DNA from: Planctomycetota bacterium
GTDB lineage: Bacteria > Planctomycetota > Phycisphaerae > UBA1845 > Fen-1342
NCBI GenBank assembly: GCA_043820985.1
Contig: JBDRDH010000032.1
Span: 4,480-68,479, forward strand
Direction: 5' to 3'
DNA: 64,000 nt
In this document: positions 7,040-16,291 of the stretch, in pieces
Layout of the letters: every line of letters begins with the position of its first letter
How positions within the stretch are numbered: the first letter of the stretch is position 1
The notes under the pieces: generated by a model
What the model saw: only the letters and a program-made list of their open reading frames with translations
Told to the model about the DNA's origin: nothing
Database searches by the model: none
Made by a program: the position numbers and the translations under genes

Positions 7040-9676
7040 ATGCGGAAACATTTACTTGCATATCTCATGGGTTTACTGCTGGCCTTGCATGTAATCAGTC
7101 CCGGCCGGGCCGCCGGCCACCGTGACTGGACCGTTATTCCCCTCGGTTCATTCCCCCTGGCAGCCGGTTCACAACAGATTCGTGTGATCCGGCCGTATGA
7201 CGCCCATGGTATCATTCCGGGGCCCATCGTCCTGACCGCCTTCTTCGATCCCCGCCAGCCGCTCACTAATCCAATCACTATTCGCTTCACGCGCGCGGAC
7301 GGCCAGCTTCCCCCCTGGAAAATCGAGCGCCTCGGTCAGACTTACGTCATCGGCCACACCATCCTGGAGCGCGCCTGGACCAGCGACGCGGCCACCGCCT
7401 TTACTCTGAATGTTAATGTAACCGGCGCCGCCCCGGCCCTCAGATTGATGGCCAGTGGCGCTCCCGACTATCGGCTGCTGGGAGACGAGGCCCTGGGGCC
7501 GCTCGAGCTGCTGGTCGCCCAACTTGGCCGTGGCTCCGTCCGCGAATACTTCAACGCTGTAATCAGCATTACCGTTGGCCGCCTGCAAATGGCCCGCGCC
7601 GATTTCGCCCGTCTGGCGCGTGGTCGCCATCTCCAGGTCGCCCGCTTCGCCCGCGCCGCCCTACGCCGGATTCATCTGGCCGAGGCTGAAGCCCGGCTCC
7701 AACCGGATTTCCACGCGCACTATCGCCTCGGACTCTATGCCCAGCAATGTGGCCTCTTTCGCGCCGCCCGCATGCACTTTGAAGCCGCCATCCTGTCGCT
7801 CGAAAAATCTTCCGCGCAAGTAGCCCCCTGGCAAATCAGCAACACCTGGTTCCACCTGGGCGAAGTGATGGCGCGCTGTGGCGAACCGAGCGCCGAGGTC
7901 GCCGAGGCCATGAACCGCGCCGGCCACGCCGCCAATGTCACCCCCAATGAATGGGACGTCTGGGTTACCATTCTAAAAGAGTCGCGTCGTCAACCAACCG
8001 ACGACGACTCCATCACCGACGAACAACTCGTTAATATCCAGCGCGCCTGGAACCAGATCCCCAAGATGATTTACGGCGCCTCCGGTGGACACCTGAAGCT
8101 CAATACGCGTTTCGTCGAAATCTCCAACACTGCCACGATGCCTTATGCACTCCGTTACGGCCGCGTCTATGGCCCCCCGGATGAATTGATCCCCACGCGC
8201 GGCAGCGTCGATTGCCTCCTGTCATTTCGCCCCCACGGTCGTGGCGTTTCCGGCGGCACGGACAGTGGACCGCGCGGTGCCGCCTTGTCCGATCTCCCGC
8301 CAGACGGCGATTGGCAATCCTGCCTGGCCGCCTGGTATGCGCAGTTTGACTGGACGCTCCGCGTGGCCGAAGCCGGCGATACTTGCCCGATCATCCCACA
8401 TACCGCCGGATGCGGGCACCAACCCATCCCATCCTTTGGTTATGGCCAACTCGCCAACTTGCGCTACTATCTCACTCCCGCCATCTATCAGCGGCTTGAA
8501 CCCGCCGACCCGGATAACGGCGCGGGATATATCTGCCATTGGGACATCTTCGAGGGCGTGGTCTATGTGCCGGATATACAGCCCGGTCAGCGTCTCCCGC
8601 GACCCAAGGTACAACTCCTGTCACCTGCCAATTGCCCCGCCGCGGAGCGACGCTTCTATAGCTCACCGACCGATTTCATCAACCTCATCGAATTCCTCGG
8701 CGACCACTGGCAACCGGATAATGCTCATCGTGTTTGTGGCGCTACCGCTTATGTCCTCGCGCCCCGCCTCCAGGAAGTCCGCCTCTGGCTGGGACACAAT
8801 GATGGGCTGGCGCTGTGGATTAACGACGAGCTGATCCACCGTGGCGATTATTACGCCGTCGCCGGCTTCGAGGACCGTAACCTGACAAACATGCTCGCCA
8901 CTTCCGCCATTCTGCGCAAAGGCTGGAATCGCATCGACGTGTCGGTCGAGTCCTGGCCGGCGCCGCGCAACCAGGGCTTTGGCTTTTCCCTGCGCATCTG
9001 CGATTTTGATAATCAGCCGGTTCCGGGCCTGATCGTGGCTGACCATCGCATGTCCATTCCCCAGACCGTCACCCCCAATCCCTTCCAGCCGGTGATTGGC
9101 AAGTACTATCGCTGGGACGAGGTCCGCTATGATTTCCACCGCCACCTGCCCCGGCTTGATGCCCGCGCCCTGGCCACCTATCTCGGCCTGGGCGACGCAT
9201 TTGAGATCCAGGCCAGCATTGGTGCTACCCAGGGTTTCATTGCCTTGGGTTTGCCCCGCGGTACGATCGCCGGCCCCATACTCCGCGGTATCTCTGTCGG
9301 CGGAAACTGCCCGGAACTGCCCGACCAATGGAATCCCCTTGAACATCACGACTCCCAGCTTAACAACATCCTTGATTGGGCCCGTGAAACCGTGGCGATC
9401 TACCCGCTTCCGGCATCCGAACCCCCGCGGCAGCTACTCTTTATCCGGCCCGAAGCGCTCGAAGCTTACCTGACCTGTTTGTACGAAGATCCCCGCGGTG
9501 TTGACCAGTTCCAGGGCCGCCCCCCGCGCGATCGCATCCTGGGATACCTCCCGGTCGGCACTTTGTCCGGCAATGATACCAGCCCCCGCTTCCTCATCGT
9601 TATCGAAACCTGCCTGCCCGCCCCTCTACCCGTCGACGTAGAAGACCTTCTGGTGCCGTTTCCCCCGCCAGGCTAG
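7040..9676 (+). CDS. large secreted protein of unknown function with a C-terminal beta-sandwich-like module
   Basis: 878-aa ORF with ATG at 7040 preceded by GAGGA. Signal peptide LLAYLMGLLLALHVISPGRAAG. The segment RLWLGHNDGLALWINDELIHRGDYY...GFGFSLRI resembles jelly-roll/carbohydrate-binding-type modules. Confidence 0.7.
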   Translation: MRKHLLAYLMGLLLALHVISPGRAAGHRDWTVIPLGSFPLAAGSQQIRVIRPYDAHGIIPGPIVLTAFFDPRQPLTNPITIRFTRADGQLPPWKIERLGQTYVIGHTILERAWTSDAATAFTLNVNVTGAAPALRLMASGAPDYRLLGDEALGPLELLVAQLGRGSVREYFNAVISITVGRLQMARADFARLARGRHLQVARFARAALRRIHLAEAEARLQPDFHAHYRLGLYAQQCGLFRAARMHFEAAILSLEKSSAQVAPWQISNTWFHLGEVMARCGEPSAEVAEAMNRAGHAANVTPNEWDVWVTILKESRRQPTDDDSITDEQLVNIQRAWNQIPKMIYGASGGHLKLNTRFVEISNTATMPYALRYGRVYGPPDELIPTRGSVDCLLSFRPHGRGVSGGTDSGPRGAALSDLPPDGDWQSCLAAWYAQFDWTLRVAEAGDTCPIIPHTAGCGHQPIPSFGYGQLANLRYYLTPAIYQRLEPADPDNGAGYICHWDIFEGVVYVPDIQPGQRLPRPKVQLLSPANCPAAERRFYSSPTDFINLIEFLGDHWQPDNAHRVCGATAYVLAPRLQEVRLWLGHNDGLALWINDELIHRGDYYAVAGFEDRNLTNMLATSAILRKGWNRIDVSVESWPAPRNQGFGFSLRICDFDNQPVPGLIVADHRMSIPQTVTPNPFQPVIGKYYRWDEVRYDFHRHLPRLDARALATYLGLGDAFEIQASIGATQGFIALGLPRGTIAGPILRGISVGGNCPELPDQWNPLEHHDSQLNNILDWARETVAIYPLPASEPPRQLLFIRPEALEAYLTCLYEDPRGVDQFQGRPPRDRILGYLPVGTLSGNDTSPRFLIVIETCLPAPLPVDVEDLLVPFPPPG

Positions 9677-10629
9677 TCCGGCAATTCCATCCGCCCGGTC
9701 AACTCGCCGATGTGTTTCAAGCCGCGTTCCTGGAGATACTCCGCCAGCCCCCGCGCGATCTTTGTGGTGATGTTCGGATCGAGAAATAACGCCGTACCTA
9801 CCGCCACCGCCGACGCTCCCGCCAGGAAAAACTCCACCGCGTCCCGCACGCTCTGAATCCCACCCATACCAATCAGCGGTACGCCGGCTTCCCGCGCCAC
9901 CTCGCGGTAAACGCGATGCACGTTATACAGCGCCAGCGGCTTGATCGCCGGCCCACTCAGGCCCCCCGTCACATTTGCCAACATCGGCCGCCAGGTGTCG
10001 GCGTCCACGCATAACCCGACATACGTGTTGATTAAGCTGAGGATCTCCGCCCCGCCATCAATCGCCGCCCGCGCCATCTCCGCCACGTTCGTTACATTAG
10101 GCGACAGCTTGACCACCAACTTGGCGCGCTTCACCACTTGGCGCACCTCGCGCACAAGTTCACGCAGGAGCCGTGCATCCGTGCCAAAAGTCATGCCATC
10201 GGCAACGTTGGGGCAGGAGACATTCAGTTCCAGGCCAGCGATGCATTCCTCTCCGTCCAGCTCTCCACACACCGCGACATAATCCGCCACGCTATGGCCG
10301 GCGACATTCACGAAAACCCGCGTTGGCATCTGGCGAATGAAAGGAAGCTTTTCCGCTATGAATTGTTGCAAACCAACGTTCGCCAGCCCGATCGCGTTCA
10401 GTACCCCGGCCCGGACCTCGACCAGCCTTTGGGGATCGTTCCCCGCGCGCGGCTCGACCGTGACGCTCTTGGTTGTAAAACCCCCCAGTCCGTGATAGTC
10501 CATCACGTCCGCGTATTCAGACCCATAACCACAAGTCCCTGACGCGGTCAGTACCGGATTGCGCAATCGTAGCCCCGCCAACTCGACTGCCAGCCGTGCA
10601 TCCGCTGGTTCGCTCCTGGAGACGCTCAT
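9673..10629 (-). CDS. pyrD: dihydroorotate dehydrogenase catalytic subunit (class 1B type)
   Basis: LRNPVLTASGTCGYG, NVSCPN, and GIQSVRDAVEFFLAGASAVAVGTA, typical of PyrD. ATG at 10629 is preferred over TTG at 10665. Confidence 0.9.
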   Translation of the reverse strand: MSVSRSEPADARLAVELAGLRLRNPVLTASGTCGYGSEYADVMDYHGLGGFTTKSVTVEPRAGNDPQRLVEVRAGVLNAIGLANVGLQQFIAEKLPFIRQMPTRVFVNVAGHSVADYVAVCGELDGEECIAGLELNVSCPNVADGMTFGTDARLLRELVREVRQVVKRAKLVVKLSPNVTNVAEMARAAIDGGAEILSLINTYVGLCVDADTWRPMLANVTGGLSGPAIKPLALYNVHRVYREVAREAGVPLIGMGGIQSVRDAVEFFLAGASAVAVGTALFLDPNITTKIARGLAEYLQERGLKHIGELTGRMELPD

Positions 10630-10800
10630 GCCCGCCAGAATGAGAGCACCGGCCCGCCCTGTCAATGCGCCTCGGCATTACATGTCGCCAAAGTTCTGCT
10701 GGTAATGTCGATTTGCGAATACTCCGATCTAACAACGGGGCCGCGCACTGTGTCTGCGCCGCTCCAAATCTGTCATTCAGCAGGTCTGTGTGAGAGGACC

Positions 10801-12504
10801 ATGATACCAGCGGATCGGCTGTATAACTGGCTCACCGAGCTTTCCTCGCCGGACGCCGAGCGGATCATGGCGGCGGCCTTGGCGCGCGCCGAGCAACCCT
10901 ATCTGGACCGTATTGTCCATCAACTGCTTGACCGCGGCACCGATGCCGCCTGGGCCGCGCTGGTCGCCAACTACGACCGTCTTGATCCGGAGTTCCGGCA
11001 ACAATTGCGCTGTGCCCCGGACCGTCTGCGTGTTGGTTTGGCAGCGGCGCTTGCCGCGCCGCATGATCCCCGCGCCCGTGGCAATGCTCTCTGGGCTTTG
11101 ACTGATAATCCTTATCCCACGCTTTCATATCTGCTCCCGGATGCGCTGCGTGATGCTTCCGGCGACGTTCGCAAGGCAGCTACACGTGCCTTGCGGTGCA
11201 TCGCCCAGATGGTCATCGAGCCCCCCACTCTTGATAATCCGATCCTGGCCGATCAGGATCTGCTGGCCACCGGCCGAGCCGAGGTCGTCAAGGCGGTCTG
11301 GGAGGCCCTGCGCACCTTCGATTTACACTACTGTCGCGAAGTCATTGAGATCAGCCTGTGGTTTGCTCGGGACTTCGGCGACCAGCTTTGGGAGTTCTTG
11401 GGCAATCGTCGCTCCGAATGTGGTAATATTGCCAGCCACAATCTATCTGCCTGGAGCGGCCCATACCTGGCGCGCTTTCTGCTTGAGGGCCTCAAGCGCC
11501 AGGGTTGGCGCGGGCCGGCTCGTCAGATACTGCTGGGTTGGAATACTTCCGCGCACTTTGCCGCCATCCTGCGCAACACCGATCTGCTGACTGATCGTGA
11601 AATTTGTCGCTCACTGGCTTCATTCAAGAATCCGGTTTGGCTCAGCGAGGTCGATCGGAACCTGTCAAGCCTGCCTGTTGATGTGCGTCACCTGGCTCCT
11701 CATTGGGTGGCGCGCCTGGGCCTGGATATGGATCTGAAAATTCAGGTGTTGAGCGAGTGGCTGCGCTCCGAATCTCTCGCCGTAGGGCGGTCTTGTGTCT
11801 ACGCCCTGGCTACCCTGGATACGCCTGAAGTCATTCCGCATCTGGAGAAAATCGCCACCGGCAACTCGCCCTTAGCTGTTTTCACGCGCTGGTGGATTTC
11901 CGGCCAGCGCGATGGGCCCTTGCCCGCGGTAAGTACGCCGCCCGCGGACACCAACTTCAGCCTCCCCCCCGCCCATGACTTCGATCGGCTTTGGAAAACG
12001 TGCCGCCGCCGGATTACCGCGGAAGATTCCCGGATGCTGGATCTCTTGCGCGCCAACCTCGGCAAGTGGCTTGCTGAAGTTTCCGCGCGGCTGACTTCGT
12101 CGGATCCGCATGATCGCCTTTTAGGCTTGCGCATCATTTATGGCACGGATCACGTTGGTGAATTCCCGAGCCAACTTGCCACGCTGGTAAATGATCCCGT
12201 GGACTCCGTGCGTCACCTGGCGCGCGCGGTTGTTAAAGCAGCTAGTTCCGCCGAAAGCGATCCCATATCACCGGAGGATTCCCCGTCGCTGCCATTAGAA
12301 CAGCAGTTGGCCGTCGAGGATGTCCAGCGCAATGTGCTTCGGCATAAAGTGCGCGAGGCGCTTGCCAGTCTGTCGGCGGTCGCGGGGGAATCTGAAGATA
12401 TGGATCAATGCATCCAGGAAGTCCGTCTGCTCTTGCGGCAGATCGCCATGGTGGACTCCTCCGGTGACCAGCCAACTACTACCGAGACGGAGGCTTCCTC
12501 ATGA
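10801..12504 (+). CDS. HEAT-like repeat protein (function unknown)
   Basis: ATG at 10801 preceded by GAGAGGA. Repeats such as DPRARGNALWAL...DVRKAATRALRCI and SDPHDRLLGLRIIY...VRHLARAVV. Confidence 0.6.
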   Translation: MIPADRLYNWLTELSSPDAERIMAAALARAEQPYLDRIVHQLLDRGTDAAWAALVANYDRLDPEFRQQLRCAPDRLRVGLAAALAAPHDPRARGNALWALTDNPYPTLSYLLPDALRDASGDVRKAATRALRCIAQMVIEPPTLDNPILADQDLLATGRAEVVKAVWEALRTFDLHYCREVIEISLWFARDFGDQLWEFLGNRRSECGNIASHNLSAWSGPYLARFLLEGLKRQGWRGPARQILLGWNTSAHFAAILRNTDLLTDREICRSLASFKNPVWLSEVDRNLSSLPVDVRHLAPHWVARLGLDMDLKIQVLSEWLRSESLAVGRSCVYALATLDTPEVIPHLEKIATGNSPLAVFTRWWISGQRDGPLPAVSTPPADTNFSLPPAHDFDRLWKTCRRRITAEDSRMLDLLRANLGKWLAEVSARLTSSDPHDRLLGLRIIYGTDHVGEFPSQLATLVNDPVDSVRHLARAVVKAASSAESDPISPEDSPSLPLEQQLAVEDVQRNVLRHKVREALASLSAVAGESEDMDQCIQEVRLLLRQIAMVDSSGDQPTTTETEASS

Positions 12505-12935
12505 ATCTGGCCTTTTGCCACCTGATCCTACTCGCTCAGCAGGAGATCATTGATGGCATCCGCCAGGGCATGCAACCGGAATCCGCGCGTGGAAATGACT
12601 TATACATCCTGCTGCTGGGCGGCTTGGTGTTGCTGCTGTTATTAGTGGTTCTCCGCGTTTTTCAGTCGCGCCCAAACCATTCCAGGATGGCGCCGCCGCC
12701 CGACCATCTCGCCGCCGCCTGTGTCGCTCTGACCCTGAATCGCCAGGAGCAGGCCGATATCCTGCACCTGGCCCGGAAGGCCCGAATCACTTATCCGGTC
12801 TCCATGTTGCTCTCGCCGGCCAATTTACGTGCGGCGATTGATCGTGGGATACCAGCCGATGATAAATCCGGCCTCCGTACGCGGCTCTATGCCATCAGCA
12901 ACCGGATTTTTATCCCCTCGAACAGGCCCACTTAA
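12501..12935 (+). CDS. small single-pass membrane protein (unknown)
   Basis: The ATG overlaps the upstream stop (ATGA at 12501-12504), suggesting translational coupling. There is one strongly hydrophobic helix, LYILLLGGLVLLLLLVVL. Confidence 0.45.
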   Translation: MNLAFCHLILLAQQEIIDGIRQGMQPESARGNDLYILLLGGLVLLLLLVVLRVFQSRPNHSRMAPPPDHLAAACVALTLNRQEQADILHLARKARITYPVSMLLSPANLRAAIDRGIPADDKSGLRTRLYAISNRIFIPSNRPT

Positions 12936-13055
12936 CGCTGATTGTCCACGCACTATTGCCACCCCACGACCCCTCCCGCGTATTATCCAGTATCATGTAA
13001 GCGTGGACTTTATGTGCCGAGGGCGCGCCTGGTAACGCCAGAATGCCGATCGGCG

Positions 13056-13080
13056 GGAACCCGGGCGCTTGCAACGCGTC
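13056..13080 (+). promoter_or_regulatory. ECF-type promoter (GGAAC-N16-CGTC) upstream of the ECF sigma gene
   Basis: GGAAC at 13056-13060, a 16-nt spacer, and CGTC at 13077-13080. This architecture is typical of autoregulated ECF sigma promoters. Confidence 0.5.
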
Positions 13081-13100
13081 CAATTGTGTGGCCAGATCGA

Positions 13101-13709
13101 GTGAATCGTCAAACGGCCGATAACATAACGAGCGATGCCGAGCTGGTGCGGCGTGCCCAGGGCGGTGACGCCCAGGCTTTTGCGGAGTTGGTCTCCAGAT
13201 ACCAGGACCGCGTTTTTAATACGTGTTACCGCCTGTGTCACAACCACTCCGACGCGTTGGACCTGACACAGACCACGTTTCTGAAAGCGCTCGAGGCCCT
13301 GCCACGCTTCGAGGCCCGTTCCAGCTTCTACACCTGGCTGTTCCGCATCGCGGTTAACGCGGCGTTTTCCGAGCGACGAGCCCGGCTGCGTCGGCCGACT
13401 GTCTCGCTCGATGATCCGGGGCCCGGCGGTGACCCGCGTGCGTCCACGGCGGCCGCCTCTGATGACGCCGCCGAAGTTATCAGCCGACGCGAAACATATA
13501 GCCAGATTGAAGTCGCTCTGGACAGCCTGGAGCCGGACTTCCGTGTTGCCGTCGTGCTGAAGGATATTGAAAATATGGACTACGCGACTATCGCGGAAAT
13601 CCTGGAGGTGCCCGTCGGGACGATCAAGAGCCGCATCCACCGCGGACGCCTGATGCTGCGCGAATTGTTGACTAAGGAAAGGACCAAACTTGACAGCCAG
13701 TCGGCATGA
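13101..13709 (+). CDS. ECF-family RNA polymerase sigma factor
   Basis: Region 2 (FAELVSRYQDRVFNTCYRLCHNHSDALDLTQTTFLKA) and region 4 (MDYATIAEILEVPVGTIKSRIHRGR). GTG at 13101 was chosen because the ECF-type promoter lies inside the longer ORF that opens at 12942. Confidence 0.85.
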   Translation: MNRQTADNITSDAELVRRAQGGDAQAFAELVSRYQDRVFNTCYRLCHNHSDALDLTQTTFLKALEALPRFEARSSFYTWLFRIAVNAAFSERRARLRRPTVSLDDPGPGGDPRASTAAASDDAAEVISRRETYSQIEVALDSLEPDFRVAVVLKDIENMDYATIAEILEVPVGTIKSRIHRGRLMLRELLTKERTKLDSQSA

Positions 13710-15312
13710 CAAGTTGATCGCGGATCTCTCCGCATATCTCGATGGCGAATTGCCCCCCGAGCGCCAAAAAGAGATCGAACAGTTCCTGTCCGACTCCGAA
13801 GAGGCGCGGCGGACGCTCGCTCAATTGCGCCAGGTTTCTCAGCAACTCGCCACACTCCCACGTCAGACCGCCCCGGACGAGTTCACCGCCGCCATGCACC
13901 GCCACGCCGAACGCGGTGCCCTGCTCGGCGCGCGGCGCGCCGCGCGCGGCCCGATTTTGTCCTTGCTCATTCGCGTTTCCGCGGCGGCGGCGGTGATCAT
14001 CGGGTGTGTCCTGGTCGGCCACGAGGTGCTCAAACGTAATCAGAGTGAACCGGCCCCCGCCGCGACTCAGGTCGATGCGACCCAGGCTGATTCCGAAATG
14101 CGCGACTCTTTTGCTTCCGCCAAGACCGATCGTAAACCCAGTCCCAAGCTGGCCCCATCAGCCGGCCGGGCGGCAGGTATGGAAGTCGAATCCAATGAAA
14201 TCGCCGCGCTCGGCGGTGTCGAATCCGAAGAATTGCGGGAGCGTTACGACCCTCCGGTTTCAGAGTTAGACACGGCAACCGTCACTACCGCCGAGACATA
14301 TTCACTCCGCGAGCGTCTGGCCGAAGTTCCACCAGACGGTAACGCCGAATACGAGCTGGCCCGTCGGCAGCTCACCACCACCTACACCGACAGCCCCGCC
14401 ATCGAAGTCTGGGTGACACCCCAGAACGAAGAGCAATATGCCAACGCCTTTGCGGCCCTGACCAGTTGGAGCCATGACCAGCCCGCCGTGCAGCTCGACA
14501 CCAAACAAGAAGAACTGATGTATGGGAAGCACGGAGTAATGATTGACCGTGCCGGCGGCGTGTTGCACACCGGCGCCGGTGTGCAAGCCTCCGGGCAAGT
14601 ACCAGCTTATCATGTCACGGCTCTCATCGAAGACCTGGAAAAACAGGTGCCCCAACAGGTCTTCTTCCAACTCCGCGGTTCACGCGCCGGCCTGCTCTAC
14701 GAACTGGGCGATCCAACCAGCCGCCGGTTCGCCCGCGCCCCGGATCGTGAAATCCCCTCTTTTGCCGACGTGCCTCTGGCTGGCCCGGGTGAAAAACATC
14801 TCCCCCAGCCCGCCATGGTCAACTCGTCGATCGCCGCCGAGGAACAGAAAGTTGCGCCGGCTAAAGATGCGTCTGCGCCAGCCGAAGCGGCAGGTAAAAA
14901 AGGTGTCCGCCGCCGCGGATCATCCGCCCCGAAATCCAGCACGGCCGCAGCCGGTCGCGGTGGTCGGGGTGATGTTCGTGCCAAGGAAGCTCCCCAGCGC
15001 CCGCCGGGTCGTGGCGATCAGCCAACCGCGGGGGCTCGTGGCCGCCTGTCCGACGAGGAAATCTCGCCATCCATTATCCTTGGAGAGCCGTTTGAAGCTT
15101 TTTCCTCCAGCCAGCCCGCAACCGCATCCGTGCCACCCGCCAGCCCCGCGCCGGCTCAGCCACCGTTATCATTCGGCTGGTTCTGGATCGATGCCATGAT
15201 TAATGCTTTTCAAGGTGTCGCCGAAGAGCCCACCGCCGAACCGGAAGCCGTCATGCTACGCGTCATACTGCTACCCCCGCCCCCGGCGAGCCAACCCGCC
15301 GCCCAACCGTAG
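13690..15312 (+). CDS. anti-sigma factor (single-pass membrane, Pro/Ala-rich C-terminal region)
   Basis: Overlaps the sigma gene by 20 nt. N-terminal anti-sigma signature LSAYLDGELPPERQKEIEQFL and TM helix ILSLLIRVSAAAAVIIGCVLVG. TTG start. Confidence 0.7.
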   Translation: MTASRHDKLIADLSAYLDGELPPERQKEIEQFLSDSEEARRTLAQLRQVSQQLATLPRQTAPDEFTAAMHRHAERGALLGARRAARGPILSLLIRVSAAAAVIIGCVLVGHEVLKRNQSEPAPAATQVDATQADSEMRDSFASAKTDRKPSPKLAPSAGRAAGMEVESNEIAALGGVESEELRERYDPPVSELDTATVTTAETYSLRERLAEVPPDGNAEYELARRQLTTTYTDSPAIEVWVTPQNEEQYANAFAALTSWSHDQPAVQLDTKQEELMYGKHGVMIDRAGGVLHTGAGVQASGQVPAYHVTALIEDLEKQVPQQVFFQLRGSRAGLLYELGDPTSRRFARAPDREIPSFADVPLAGPGEKHLPQPAMVNSSIAAEEQKVAPAKDASAPAEAAGKKGVRRRGSSAPKSSTAAAGRGGRGDVRAKEAPQRPPGRGDQPTAGARGRLSDEEISPSIILGEPFEAFSSSQPATASVPPASPAPAQPPLSFGWFWIDAMINAFQGVAEEPTAEPEAVMLRVILLPPPPASQPAAQP

Positions 15313-15520
15313 CGGCCCGACCTCCGTGTCGGCCGTCCCAACCGTAGCAGGGTGCCATGCCCAAGCTGAAAGCGCGGGCATGCTGTCCCCAACCATGACG
15401 CTCCACGCTTCACTGGCTGTTGTTACTAACCGATCTCACCGGCAACGCCCCATTGATGGTACAATCGACCTCGGCAACCGTGTCGCTCTACCCATACCGA
15501 ACCCCGGCGAGGTACCCCCA

Positions 15521-16291
15521 ATGCCAGCCACCCTGGCTTTGATACCGGCACTAATCCTCCTTCAGGCCGCCGAACTGCACCGCGCCCCCGATAATTCTTC
15601 CAATCCACACGCCGCGCTCGTTATCATCGCCGGCGGTTACCGCCCACTGACATCCACCAACCTGACCCGCCCCGAACCCTACTGGCTGCAACTTGCCCAT
15701 CTCTACGCGCGCCTCAACCCGCGCGTGGTGGTGGCCTATGGACACGACCTGCCCGCCGCCCTCGATGCCGTCGATGACGCCCTGCGCGCCCGCGGCTTCG
15801 AACAAATCGCCGCCGTCGAGTTCTGGTCGCACGGCAACGCCGGCTACTTCCGCATTAACGAGCACCGCTACCGTGCTGGTATTTTCACCAAACCCTCAAC
15901 AGCACTCGCCCCACGCCTGAAACGCCTCCGCGCCCAGCTCTGCGACCGGGCCAGCGTACACTGGCGCACCTGTAGCACCTTCCACGGCGAGAAGGGGCAC
16001 CGCTTCGCCCAAGCCGCCTCGAAATTCTTCTGCGCTACCGGCAAACAGGTGATCGTGATGGGGTACACCCGCCCGGTCGGCCTGACCTTCCCGGGTGGCC
16101 ACGCTCTCCGGCCCGGCCAGTCGCCTTACTGGCCGGTCTGCGAAGGCCGCTCCGAGCAAGGCCTGCGCGGCGTTCTGGTGCTCGCGCGCGACCTGGCACG
16201 CCTGGCCAGCGCCACTCTCTATGACCTGATCCCCTACGTCCGCGCGCGCGATACCGTCCTGTCACTGGTAACCCAACGCGGGAGACTATGA
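15521..16291 (+). CDS. secreted hypothetical protein
   Basis: ATG at 15521 gives the signal-like N-terminus MPATLALIPALILLQAAELH. The longer ORF from 15203 would overlap the anti-sigma gene by 110 nt. I cannot assign a family. Confidence 0.5.
   Translation: MPATLALIPALILLQAAELHRAPDNSSNPHAALVIIAGGYRPLTSTNLTRPEPYWLQLAHLYARLNPRVVVAYGHDLPAALDAVDDALRARGFEQIAAVEFWSHGNAGYFRINEHRYRAGIFTKPSTALAPRLKRLRAQLCDRASVHWRTCSTFHGEKGHRFAQAASKFFCATGKQVIVMGYTRPVGLTFPGGHALRPGQSPYWPVCEGRSEQGLRGVLVLARDLARLASATLYDLIPYVRARDTVLSLVTQRGRL

Noticed and set aside
12942-13100. Long start for the ECF sigma ORF.
   Set aside because: The extension is non-conserved (Pro/Cys/Arg-rich) and contains the ECF-type promoter GGAAC-N16-CGTC.
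15203-15520. Long start of the 15203-16291 ORF.
   Set aside because: It would overlap the anti-sigma gene by 110 nt. The ATG at 15521 gives a proper signal peptide.
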